Below, piece after piece: positions 27,975 through 37,084 of a stretch of DNA of 64,000 nt. Source of the DNA: an uncultured Acidobacteriota bacterium (GTDB lineage Bacteria > Acidobacteriota > Thermoanaerobaculia > Multivoradales > JAHEKO01); assembly GCA_963713825.1 (NCBI GenBank), contig CAVQNG010000003.1, positions 192,001 to 256,000 of the forward strand. The letters are read 5' to 3'. Every line of letters begins with the position of its first letter. Position 1 is the stretch's first letter. Below the pieces are notes generated by a model. It made no database searches, was not told where the DNA came from, and saw only the letters and a list, made by a program, of their open reading frames with translations. Both the position numbers and the translations under genes were made by a program.

Positions 27975-29717
27975 CTACGGAGTCGTACTCGACCACGAAG
28001 TCGTGTCACCGCTTTCGAAGCCATCGGAGAAGACGACTGGTGCCGCATCGAACGCAAAGGAGACGATCCCGGTGTTCCAGTCATTGCTGTCCTGAACCTC
28101 GTAGTACTCCTGCGTATACCAGAAGGTGACATCGTCGGTGGGGTCTACATTCATGGAGCTGTAGTCACCCCAACGAGAGCCACCAGTCTGGGAGCCACCA
28201 CCTGCGAACGGTGTCTGCTCCATTCTCATGGCTCCGAGAGGATCAGTGGCCAAGCGTCCTGTGTATCGAATCGATGGATAGGTGGTCAACGACGAAACAC
28301 TGTAACCCAAGGCGATGTTGCCGTTCTTGTCCATCGCAATGCTGCCCATCCAGCGATGGTCGGAATCGGGAGCCCAGACGGCGTCTTGTTGCATGAAAGG
28401 CGTGCCGAAGGGGTCGCGAATCTCGAACCAATGAACGCCGGCATGATCCGTGCCATCAGCGTCCACGGTGTGGCTGCCCACCAGGACCTCATGGCTGCCC
28501 ATGTTCCGATAGGTGAGCCGGTGCATCAGTCGAGGAGCGACGGGTTCGAGAAGCGGACTAGCCGATGGCGGAAAGGGTGGGTTCACCGTAGGGGGCTGCG
28601 GAATGCATTCGCGGTCGCCAGGGCAGAATTCCGGATCGACATCGATCGTGTTGAGAACGTAGTCGAAGTCCAAGCCGTCGCCAAAGGTTGAATTGGCAGG
28701 AGTATCGAAGTCGACATGGAACTCCCAAAACCACAGCTGATCAGCCGGCAGGGGCGGATTCGACCAGTCGGCATCCTCCCACTCGACAAAGAGTCCCGGG
28801 CGACCGGCAGGCGGCGGTGAGGCTGCGCCATCCCAATCCACAGGAATCTGCGCACCGTAAAAATCATCGTGAGCAAAGAGGTCGAACTTGACCATCGTCG
28901 CCGCGTTGCCCTTCATCATCTCGGACCACTCGAAGGCCGCCACTCCCTGCCCTGCCCACGACATGCCATCAGATCGATCGAATTGGTTCGCAGCCATGTA
29001 GAGAGCGTCGGGCCAGATACCGAAGTGGGGATAGTCGTTGAGAATGTCCTGTGACCACAAGAATTCGTAGCGGTGCCAGCTACCCGTCGGGTCGCCACTG
29101 GTAGACACGGCGATACACTGACCGTGCTCCGAGTTCGGCCCGAAACCGAAGATGTAGAACTGGCTGATCATCCACCGGTCGTTCGTGCTGTCATAGAGAA
29201 CGATTGGGTCTCCATCGTTCTCCGACTGACACTTGCCACCGGCCCCACTCCAGATGTCATTGACGTCGAACGGGCCGTGAAGCATGTTCCCGGTCGCCTT
29301 GTCGAAGATGGCGTATGAAGTGTTGATAGCTTGCACGTAGTGGTTGGGTCCCACATCTCCCACGGTGTCGGGAGGTGAAAAGCCGTTGACATTGTCCATG
29401 CCACGGAACGACACGATGGGGTCCGGCGCCGGATCAGGGGCCTGAGGTGAAAGCAGTCTCTCCGAGCCCAGCGAGACGGTAGAGCGGGACGTCTTGGGCA
29501 GTTGGCCAAGAGGATTGATCTCGCGAGGCTCCCCTTCGTACGGCACTCTCGGTTCGCGGATCAGGTCCCGAAGCGGGGCCGACGTGCTGTGTCGGACCGA
29601 CTGACTGACGATCGGACCGGCGCTACCTTCGGATTGAGCCTGGGTTGGCATGACCCAACCGATCGTGATTACCGCCAGCAGACATATGGTGAGGCGCATC
29701 GTTCTGGACTTTTTCAC
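27975..29717 (-). CDS. Secreted protein, paralog of 25394-27607, with C-terminal DGFESGD tag
   Basis: Signal peptide (AQA), 'PPDTVGDVGPNHYVQ', 'RWGDYS', ends VFSDGFESGDTTSWSSTTP. Confidence 0.85.
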   Translation of the reverse strand: MKKSRTMRLTICLLAVITIGWVMPTQAQSEGSAGPIVSQSVRHSTSAPLRDLIREPRVPYEGEPREINPLGQLPKTSRSTVSLGSERLLSPQAPDPAPDPIVSFRGMDNVNGFSPPDTVGDVGPNHYVQAINTSYAIFDKATGNMLHGPFDVNDIWSGAGGKCQSENDGDPIVLYDSTNDRWMISQFYIFGFGPNSEHGQCIAVSTSGDPTGSWHRYEFLWSQDILNDYPHFGIWPDALYMAANQFDRSDGMSWAGQGVAAFEWSEMMKGNAATMVKFDLFAHDDFYGAQIPVDWDGAASPPPAGRPGLFVEWEDADWSNPPLPADQLWFWEFHVDFDTPANSTFGDGLDFDYVLNTIDVDPEFCPGDRECIPQPPTVNPPFPPSASPLLEPVAPRLMHRLTYRNMGSHEVLVGSHTVDADGTDHAGVHWFEIRDPFGTPFMQQDAVWAPDSDHRWMGSIAMDKNGNIALGYSVSSLTTYPSIRYTGRLATDPLGAMRMEQTPFAGGGSQTGGSRWGDYSSMNVDPTDDVTFWYTQEYYEVQDSNDWNTGIVSFAFDAAPVVFSDGFESGDTTSWSSTTP

Positions 29718-29792
29718 GGTGACTCTCCTTGTCGTCGAAGAACACTTGTCGAAACGCTTGCCGAACCGTGAAATGCTAGCATCTTCGGGCCC

Positions 29793-30503
29793 ATGAACCC
29801 ACTCAATCGCTTTTGTTCAGCCCTGGTTTCCCTGGTCCTCTCAGGTGGCATTCTCCTGCCAGGAGCGGCCTGCTCGAGCTCCACTCCACCTCCTCCAGAT
29901 CCCCCCTCTGAAGAGGTTCCGAGCCAGTCGCAGCTCGACAACGCCCTTCGGGATGCGGTCACGAATGGAGACGCTGCAGCAATTCCCGCTCTTGTTGAAA
30001 GAGGCGCGGACGTCGGGGTCCGTTGGAAGTTCGACGAGAGTCTTCTGATGAAGGCAGCCGAGCTGGGCGACGATCCCACGGTGACCGCCCTCCTCGCAGC
30101 CGGCGCCTATGTCAACGCCAGCAACTCCTGGGGGCACACTGCCCTCTTCAAGGCCGTCATCGAGTCGCACGTAGAGATTGTCGGTCGACTTCTAGAGGCC
30201 GGTGCCGAACCCGGCGTCCAGGCCAAGTTTGGATTCACTCCTTTGAGGGTCGCAGCTGAGGATGGCTCACTAGAGGTATGCCGCCTTCTTCTGGAGGCAG
30301 GAGCGAATCCGGACGCCACAACCAAACAGGGCGACACGCCTCTCATGGTTGCCGCCATGAGTGGACACTTGGATGTCGTTCGACTGCTTCTGGAGCACGG
30401 TGCCGACCCCTCGATCAAGGCAGAGGGCGACATCACGGCTTTGAGCCTGGCCCGCGAGGGCCAACACGAAGAAGTAGTTCGCTTGCTCGAGACGTACCAG
30501 TAG
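29793..30503 (+). CDS. Ankyrin-repeat (lipo)protein
   Basis: Signal peptide ending in Cys, Pro-rich linker, about five 'G.TPL..AA..G..EV..LLLEAGA' repeats. Confidence 0.9.
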   Translation: MNPLNRFCSALVSLVLSGGILLPGAACSSSTPPPPDPPSEEVPSQSQLDNALRDAVTNGDAAAIPALVERGADVGVRWKFDESLLMKAAELGDDPTVTALLAAGAYVNASNSWGHTALFKAVIESHVEIVGRLLEAGAEPGVQAKFGFTPLRVAAEDGSLEVCRLLLEAGANPDATTKQGDTPLMVAAMSGHLDVVRLLLEHGADPSIKAEGDITALSLAREGQHEEVVRLLETYQ

Positions 30504-30606
30504 CTCGCTGACAGTTCATCCCAGGAACTCGAACGCGCAGCAGGGTTCGACTGCTCCCGGTGTAACTTCGAGGACAGTCGGGGAGTAAAGTGAATAGGAG
30601 GTGTCC

Positions 30607-32042
30607 ATGAAGGCATCGACAGTCTCGGTGTTGGTCTTCCTTCTCCTGTCCCTCGGGTCGCCAGCCCGCGTCGGCAGCACTTCGCGGCCCGAGATCCAGG
30701 TCCAGATGACTCACTTCGATCTCGCGGTGGATCTGAACTACGAGGACGGCAGTCTCGAAGGCCGCGTTCGGATGAAGGTCCAGAATGTCTCCGCTCGACC
30801 TGCCGAGTCCGTCCCTCTCAACTTGAACCGCCTGATGAGCCTGAAAGGGGCGAGTGAAGAAACGGGGCGGTCCTTGAGCTACGAGCAGGACGTCGTCACT
30901 TTCAGCGATGAGCCCAAGAAGCAGGTGACCCACGCGGTCGTCTCTCTGGAGGAACCGCTACCTCCCGGACAATCCACCACGGTGGAGCTGCTCTACTCGG
31001 GTTACCTGGTCGGCTACATCGAGACCGGCTCGTCGTACATCCGCGATCGTATCGACGAGGAGTTCTCGATTCTGCGGGTCGATGCCCACGCTTTCCCCTC
31101 GATAGGGGTCCTTTCCTGGATGGGGAACCGGATGGCGCCGAGGGGCGACTTCACTTTCCGAGCACAGATTACGGTGCCGGAGACCTTGACGGTTGCGAGC
31201 GGGGGAGAGCTCGTCGAACGTACCGTCCGGGACGGGCGAGCCACATTCACCTACCGAAGCACGGCTCCTGTTCCATTTCTCAACCTGCCGATTGCCAAGT
31301 ACGAGTTGCTGGAGCAAGGGGGTCTTCGCCTCTACTACTTCCCCTCCGATCACGAGGGCGCAAAAGTGATTGTCGGTCGTGTAGCAGAGGCTGTGGATCT
31401 AATGACGCAATGGTTCGGCCCCCTGGGCCAGGAGACCCAGCCTTCACCATCATGGAGATCCCATCCGGCTGGGGATCGCAGGCACATCTGGCAGCCGGCA
31501 TCATGCAGACGGCCGAGGTATTCGAAGATCCAAGTGATCTCAGGGAGCTCTATCACGAGCTCTCGCACCTCTGGAATGCGCCGGACATCGATCAGCCTTC
31601 CGCCCGATGGAACGAAGGCCTCGCCATGTACCTACAGTCCATCATGGCCGAGCGGCTCGATGGGTGGGACACGCGCGCCGAGTATCTGGAGCATCGTGCC
31701 GAGCGGCTGCTGCGGGCTTTCGACACCGACCCGTCCGCCCAGGGAGTTCCATTCGCCGACTACGGTCAGAACGGCCTCACCGACTACTCCTATGCCACCG
31801 GCCTCCTCTTCTTCTTCGTCCTGGAAGAGCTGCTCGGTCGGGAGGAGCTTCTCGCGATTCTCCGAGCTCACTACCAGGAGCACCGCGAAGGCGGAACCAC
31901 TTTCGAAGACTTGGAAGAGGCACTTAGAGGGGCGGCATCCCGTGATCTGGGCCCGTTTCTCGAAGAGTGGGTCCACACCACGACCTGGCAGGATCGCCTC
32001 CGATCCCGAGATAGCGTTCCAGGGCTCGCTGAGCTCTACTGA
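30607..32042 (+). CDS. Secreted M1/gluzincin metallopeptidase, frameshifted near 31430
   Basis: N-terminal half in ORF 30601. HELSH..W and 'WNEGLA.Y' lie in ORF 31410. One missing base joins them. Confidence 0.8.
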
Positions 32043-33236
32043 TTCAGATCCTCGGAAGCCTCGACTTCGGCGAGACGGGACCGGAAGTATCTCAGGTCGA
32101 GTCCATCTGGGGGTTGCTGACTCGACTCGATCTGGATTGCCCGCAGATACTCGTCTCGGGCCGGGCCCGGGTCACCGCTCTTCTGCCAGGTTCGACCGAG
32201 TAGATAGTGCCCGAAGGAGGACTCGGGATAGAGCCTGGTGACCTCTTCGAAGACTGCCCGCGCCTCATCCAACCTCTCGGCTTGCAGATGGGCGATACCC
32301 AGACTCTGGAGTACCGGCTCTGGAATCGGCACAGCATAGCCATACCTGTTCGAGAGCTCCTTGTAGTACTGGTCGATTCGACCCCTACCCGCCTCGATCA
32401 TCTCGTCGGGAGCCAGCCAGTCGGAGTACAGAGCCCGGATCGCTCGATAGTAGGCCAACGGTAGCGACTGATTGTGACCCGCCCCCTCGATCTCGATGAA
32501 GGTGACGTCGAGGCCGTCGACAGGTCGCTCCTCCAACTGCTTGGCGAACTTCGTTACCGCCGTGTGGGTCCAGCCGCCCTCTTCTTCGGATCCCGATCGT
32601 CATCACGAGCCGGCTCGGGCTCTCGAACGGATCTGGCGGAGGCTCGCTCAGGAGCCGCTCGTGCTCCCACCAGATGCTCGGACTGATCCCGAGGTAGGCA
32701 TTGAAGAGCTCCGGGTTCTGCATCATGGAGTAGATAGTGAAGAGACCGCCAAAGGACCAACCACCGAGAACCCGATGATCCACGGTTCTGTAGGTGTCGT
32801 CGATGAACGGAATCAACTCTCGGGTCAAGAACTCCTGGAACTCAGCCGCCCCGCCACTGGTGGGGAACTCCATTCCCTCGTACTCGGGCACGTGGGTCGG
32901 CGTGAAGTCCTTGTCCCGATCCACATTCTCGATTCCAACGACGATGAGCTCGGGGGCGATGATGTCACTCGCGCCGCATTCCGAGAGGTACCGAACCTGT
33001 GAGGCGACAACGGGAAAGTGCCAGTTTCCGTCCAGCAGATACAACACCGGATAACTCCGCTGACTCTGGCGGTAGCTCGCCGGAAGGCTGACATAGACGG
33101 TCCTGAGCTCGTCGAGGAATTCAGACCGCAGAGCTACGGTCTCTCCCAGATTCGTCGGTTGGCTCCAGATGGTCGTCGGGAACACCCAAGACGACATCCA
33201 AAGAGCCCCTGCAACCACCCAAGTCGTTGCTTTCAT
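32036..33236 (-). CDS. Secreted alpha/beta hydrolase (IroE/Fes-like esterase) with C-terminal TPR, frameshifted near 32592
   Basis: 'YPVLYLLDG', 'GWSFGG', 'SPSIWW'. Continues in ORF 32036-32536 (His, TPR) after one extra G. Confidence 0.8.
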
Positions 33237-33501
33237 GAGTATCTCTCCTTGAAATCGGCACGCAGGGGTGCCCGATCGCCCGTGCACGGCTCCGCGCTTG
33301 TGTGACGCCGAACGGCCGCCCACATTCGTTAGACACACCTGGGGCCGAATCCGTTTGGTACTTGCAGGTCATTGGAACGTCACCAACTGGATAGACATAT
33401 TGAAAACTGTCTACATTGGGGTGTCATGAAGAGGCTTCGGATGTAGACTGCAAACTGTCTATTTATCTCAACTCCGGCGGGAGCCGGGACAGGAGGAAAC
33501 A

Positions 33502-34659
33502 GTGAGGCGATTCCTGACAACGGTCATGGCGCTGGCGCTAGTCATGGTGCCGCTGGCGGCGACCGCGGCAAACTCCAACAGCGAAGGTAGGCCCAATGGC
33601 GTCGGTCCGGTTCGCACGGCGACATACAACCTCTATCTCGGAGCGGACATCTTCCGGGTTGTAGAAGCTGCCGTAACCGATCCAGATACGGTCCCGGTTG
33701 CTGTAGCGCAGGTCGTGAACATCATGATCGGGACGGACTTCCCCGAGCGCTCAGTCGCAATCGCGGACCAGATCGCCAAGACCCGACCCCACTTGATCGG
33801 ACTGCAAGAGGTCTCACTGTGGCGCTACCAGTCACCCGGTGATTTCTTCATCGGCAACCCGCAGCCGGCCGAATTCGTCCTATACGACTTCCTCGAGATC
33901 TTCTTGGCTGCGCTCGCCGATCGGGGCCTGAACTACGAGGTGGCCGGTGTGGTCGAGAATGCCGACATCGAGCTTCCGATGTTCGTTGGGTTTGATGGCG
34001 ACACACCTTTGTTCGACGATGCTCGTCTCACCGATCGGGATGTGATTCTCGTCCAAAAAGGGGTCCAGACGTCGAACCTCCTGGCCGCCAACTACTCTGA
34101 CAAGGTCAGCCTCCCCATCGGACCAGTGCTCGTAGAGTTCCTCCGCGGCTACGTGGCCGTGGATGCCAAGGTCAAGGGACGAGAGTACAGATTCGTCAAC
34201 ACCCATCTAGAGGTCGCGCCGAACCTGTTGATTCCTCCCGTTCAATCGCTACAGGCCTTGGAGCTGGCAACCGTGCTGGCTACGGAGACGAAGCCGATCA
34301 TTCTTGTCGGGGACTTCAACTCCTCACCTGAGGACATTCCTACTGTCCTACCCCCCCCGTACTGGATCATGACGGCGGCCGGCTATGTGGACACCTGGAC
34401 TCGGCGTGTCGGAAGGCCCAGCGCGGGGTTCACTTGCTGCCAGAACGAGTTCCTGACCAACGAAGAGTCGGAGCTCGACGAGCGGATCGACTTGATCTTC
34501 GTCCGCAATGACACCGACTTCCCGGCCTGGCCTGACCTCGGTCCGGTGAAGGCGCGGGTGCTAGGTGCCCGGGAGCGAGACAAGACACCTTCCGGCCTCT
34601 GGCCCTCCGACCACGCTGGAGTCGCCGCGAAACTGATCATTCCGGTGCGCTGGAGGTAG
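33502..34659 (+). CDS. Secreted endonuclease/exonuclease/phosphatase-family protein
   Basis: 'TYN', 'GLQEV', 'NTHL', 'GDFN', 'RID', 'SDH'; signal peptide. Confidence 0.9.
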   Translation: MRRFLTTVMALALVMVPLAATAANSNSEGRPNGVGPVRTATYNLYLGADIFRVVEAAVTDPDTVPVAVAQVVNIMIGTDFPERSVAIADQIAKTRPHLIGLQEVSLWRYQSPGDFFIGNPQPAEFVLYDFLEIFLAALADRGLNYEVAGVVENADIELPMFVGFDGDTPLFDDARLTDRDVILVQKGVQTSNLLAANYSDKVSLPIGPVLVEFLRGYVAVDAKVKGREYRFVNTHLEVAPNLLIPPVQSLQALELATVLATETKPIILVGDFNSSPEDIPTVLPPPYWIMTAAGYVDTWTRRVGRPSAGFTCCQNEFLTNEESELDERIDLIFVRNDTDFPAWPDLGPVKARVLGARERDKTPSGLWPSDHAGVAAKLIIPVRWR

Positions 34660-34669
34660 GAGGAACCAG

Positions 34670-35104
34670 CTAGACGCGGTAGTGGTCCTCGCGCCACTCC
34701 TTGACCGCCTTCTTGATGGCGTCTTCGGAGAGATTCTCCTCCGCGGCGCGCTGTGCCAAGGGTCCGAGCTCCCCGTCCGAGGCGAATCGTAGGCCGACGA
34801 CCTGACGGGTGCCCAGCCGCGGATCCAGTAGCGATCCGTGAAGGGCGAAGTGTCGGAGATTCTCCTCGGCGCGGATGGCTCTGTCCTGGGCCTTGAGGGC
34901 AAAGATCCTCAGATAGGCGCCTTCGATCAGGGCACAGACGGCAAGCAGCAGGATCACCGCTGCAGCAATCCGCCCCGAGCCACGAGAGAAAGCTCTGTAG
35001 ACATTGGCCAGAGCTCCGGCGATGGACAACATCACGAGCAGAGTCAAAACGAAGTGATACAGCGGCACAAAGCGACGGTGATTGGCATAGGTCTGGGTAT
35101 CCAT
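34670..35104 (-). CDS. Conserved small membrane protein (DUF6526-like)
   Basis: 'Q.YANH.RF.PLYHF', 'QDRAIRAEENLRHF', 'LRFASD', 'W..DHYRV'. Confidence 0.7.
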   Translation of the reverse strand: MDTQTYANHRRFVPLYHFVLTLLVMLSIAGALANVYRAFSRGSGRIAAAVILLLAVCALIEGAYLRIFALKAQDRAIRAEENLRHFALHGSLLDPRLGTRQVVGLRFASDGELGPLAQRAAEENLSEDAIKKAVKEWREDHYRV

Positions 35105-35193
35105 TCCTGTTCCTCCATTTTATGAAAGGAAGTCTAGGCGCAGTATACTCAGGCGCCTTCGGGAGACGACTTCCCGGGCTCAGGAGATTGGCA

Positions 35194-35619
35194 ATGCAGT
35201 GGAAACATCCGGCAAAACTCATCCTTGCACTATTGCTCGGCGTCGCCTGTAGCGACAGCACCACAGGCCCTGAAGGCGGTGAACAGATCTTCACCGGCCA
35301 GGTGCTCTATCAGAATCCGGACGTGCAGTTTCATACGTTCATCATGCCAGACACCTCGATCGTCCGGGTCGATATCGTCGAGTTGGTGCCTATTCTGGGC
35401 GATCTCGAGCCGCCTGAGGGATACACCATTTCCGTCGGCTTTGGATTGGGATTGCCGGTCGAAGGCGTGTGCCGCCCGACCTACCAAGCCTCGGTCATCG
35501 AAGGAAGCGTCTTCAGCTTCCAGCTCAATCCCAACGAGTACTGCATCGTGCTCGTGGATGCTGGCGCTGTTCTCCCTGACATGGTGGTGGACTACGTCGT
35601 CTCATTGACGCCCGACTAG
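35194..35619 (+). CDS. Hypothetical lipoprotein
   Basis: AGGAG RBS and lipobox LGVAC. Confidence 0.65.
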   Translation: MQWKHPAKLILALLLGVACSDSTTGPEGGEQIFTGQVLYQNPDVQFHTFIMPDTSIVRVDIVELVPILGDLEPPEGYTISVGFGLGLPVEGVCRPTYQASVIEGSVFSFQLNPNEYCIVLVDAGAVLPDMVVDYVVSLTPD

Positions 35620-35686
35620 AACTTCGCTCGAGTTCCCGGCACGAAGGCGAGCTTCTTCCCCGAGAAGCCTCCTCTGCCCTGACGCA

Positions 35687-36646
35687 ATGGCGACGAGCTC
35701 TATTCAGCCCAGCCCCCTGGAACCCTTCCTCGCGGCCGAGCAAGTCGTCATTCTTGACGGTGGCCTCGCGACCGAGCTCGAGTCTCGCGGCTTCGACCTG
35801 AACGACGATCTGTGGTCGGCCAAGATCCTGCTCGAACAGCCCGAGGGGATCCGAAGTGTGCACTTGGACTATCTTCGCGCCGGCGCGGACTGCATCACCA
35901 GTGCCAGCTACCAGGCGACTCTCGAAGGCTTCATGGGCCGGGGGTTGGGCAAAGACGCGGCAGCGGAGCTGATCCAGGGCTCCGTCGCTCTCGCACTCGA
36001 AGCGCGGGACAAGTTCTGGTCCGACCCCGAGCATCGAATCGGCAGGCTGAAGCCTCTCGTCGCGGCGAGTGTTGGACCCTACGGGGCCTATCTTGCCGAC
36101 GGGTCCGAATTCCGGGGCGACTACGATCTCGACGAAGACGCCCTGGTCGACTTCCACCGCGAAAGATGGTGTCTCCTGGCCTCGAGCGGAGCGGACCTTC
36201 TTGCCTGCGAGACAATCCCCAGCCGACACGAGGCTCGAGCCCTTCGGCGGCTGCTCGAGGAGTCGCCAGACACGCAGGCGATGTTCAGCTTCAGCTGCAA
36301 GGACCAGCAAAGCTCGAGTGACGGTACGAGCCTTCGAGCCCTCGCGGAAGAGCTCGACGACTGCCCCCAGGTCGTGGCACTGGGAATCAACTGCACGGCC
36401 CCGCGGTACATATCCGGACTCCTACGTGCCATAGGTGGGGCGACTGCCAAGCCCTTTGCCGTGTACCCGAACGCCGGCGAGGACTGGAATGCCGAGACCA
36501 AGCAATGGGTGCCGGCTGGCCAGGGCTCGCCTTCTCTGGTGAGTAGCTGTCGCGACTGGGTCGACCTCGGAGCTCGGCTGATCGGCGGCTGCTGCAGGAC
36601 CACCCCCTACGACATCCGCCAGGTCAGAGCGCAGCTTCTCAAATAG
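35687..36646 (+). CDS. mmuM: Homocysteine S-methyltransferase
   Basis: 'LDGGLATELE', 'GPYGAYLADGSE', 'CETIP', 'GINC', 'YPNAGE', 'GGCCR'. Confidence 0.92.
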   Translation: MATSSIQPSPLEPFLAAEQVVILDGGLATELESRGFDLNDDLWSAKILLEQPEGIRSVHLDYLRAGADCITSASYQATLEGFMGRGLGKDAAAELIQGSVALALEARDKFWSDPEHRIGRLKPLVAASVGPYGAYLADGSEFRGDYDLDEDALVDFHRERWCLLASSGADLLACETIPSRHEARALRRLLEESPDTQAMFSFSCKDQQSSSDGTSLRALAEELDDCPQVVALGINCTAPRYISGLLRAIGGATAKPFAVYPNAGEDWNAETKQWVPAGQGSPSLVSSCRDWVDLGARLIGGCCRTTPYDIRQVRAQLLK

Positions 36647-36650
36647 GCCA

Positions 36651-37042
36651 CGCACGCCCAATCGTCCTGGGGCTTGGGTCCTGAGTCCTGAACAAACAAC
36701 CATGTCCGGGTGGAGGTCCGTCCGGGTGGTCCGCAGGGGGACGGCGTCGGCTACTCAGACTGCGACGGACGGGCCGCCACCTTGTCTCGCCATCGCGCCT
36801 CATCGATGGTGCCCTGCGGTGGCTCTTGCGCTGCGCTCGACTCGGCACCCCCTGTCGAACCACCCGAACGAACCTCTGGCACCATGGAAGGCAATAGGGG
36901 CTTAGGGCAGTAGGGGAGTAGGGGTCTAGAGGAATGGGAGGGGGGCCCCACTGCCTCAAAGGTCGGCCGGAGCAAGCGACGGACGATTCAACCCCCAAGC
37001 CCCCAAAGATCGGCCGGGAGGCACGACCGGCCGCCTCAACCC
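36651..37042. repeat. Mosaic repeat locus D (degenerate X> / M / octamers / <Y<X<X)
   Basis: M copy at 36714-36875. 36897-37042 is the reverse complement of the locus B/E arrangement. Confidence 0.85.
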
Positions 37043-37084
37043 TTTGTTGGGCGTCCGCCCAATCAGATGAGAAGATGAAGCTGC

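Noticed and set aside
25361-28045. Similar 3' ends of the tandem paralogs as a DGR template/variable repeat
   Set aside because: No reverse transcriptase in the window; mismatches are mostly synonymous and not adenine-specific.
35620-35686. SAM riboswitch upstream of mmuM or the gamma-lyase
   Set aside because: Leaders are short and I see no SAM riboswitch consensus.
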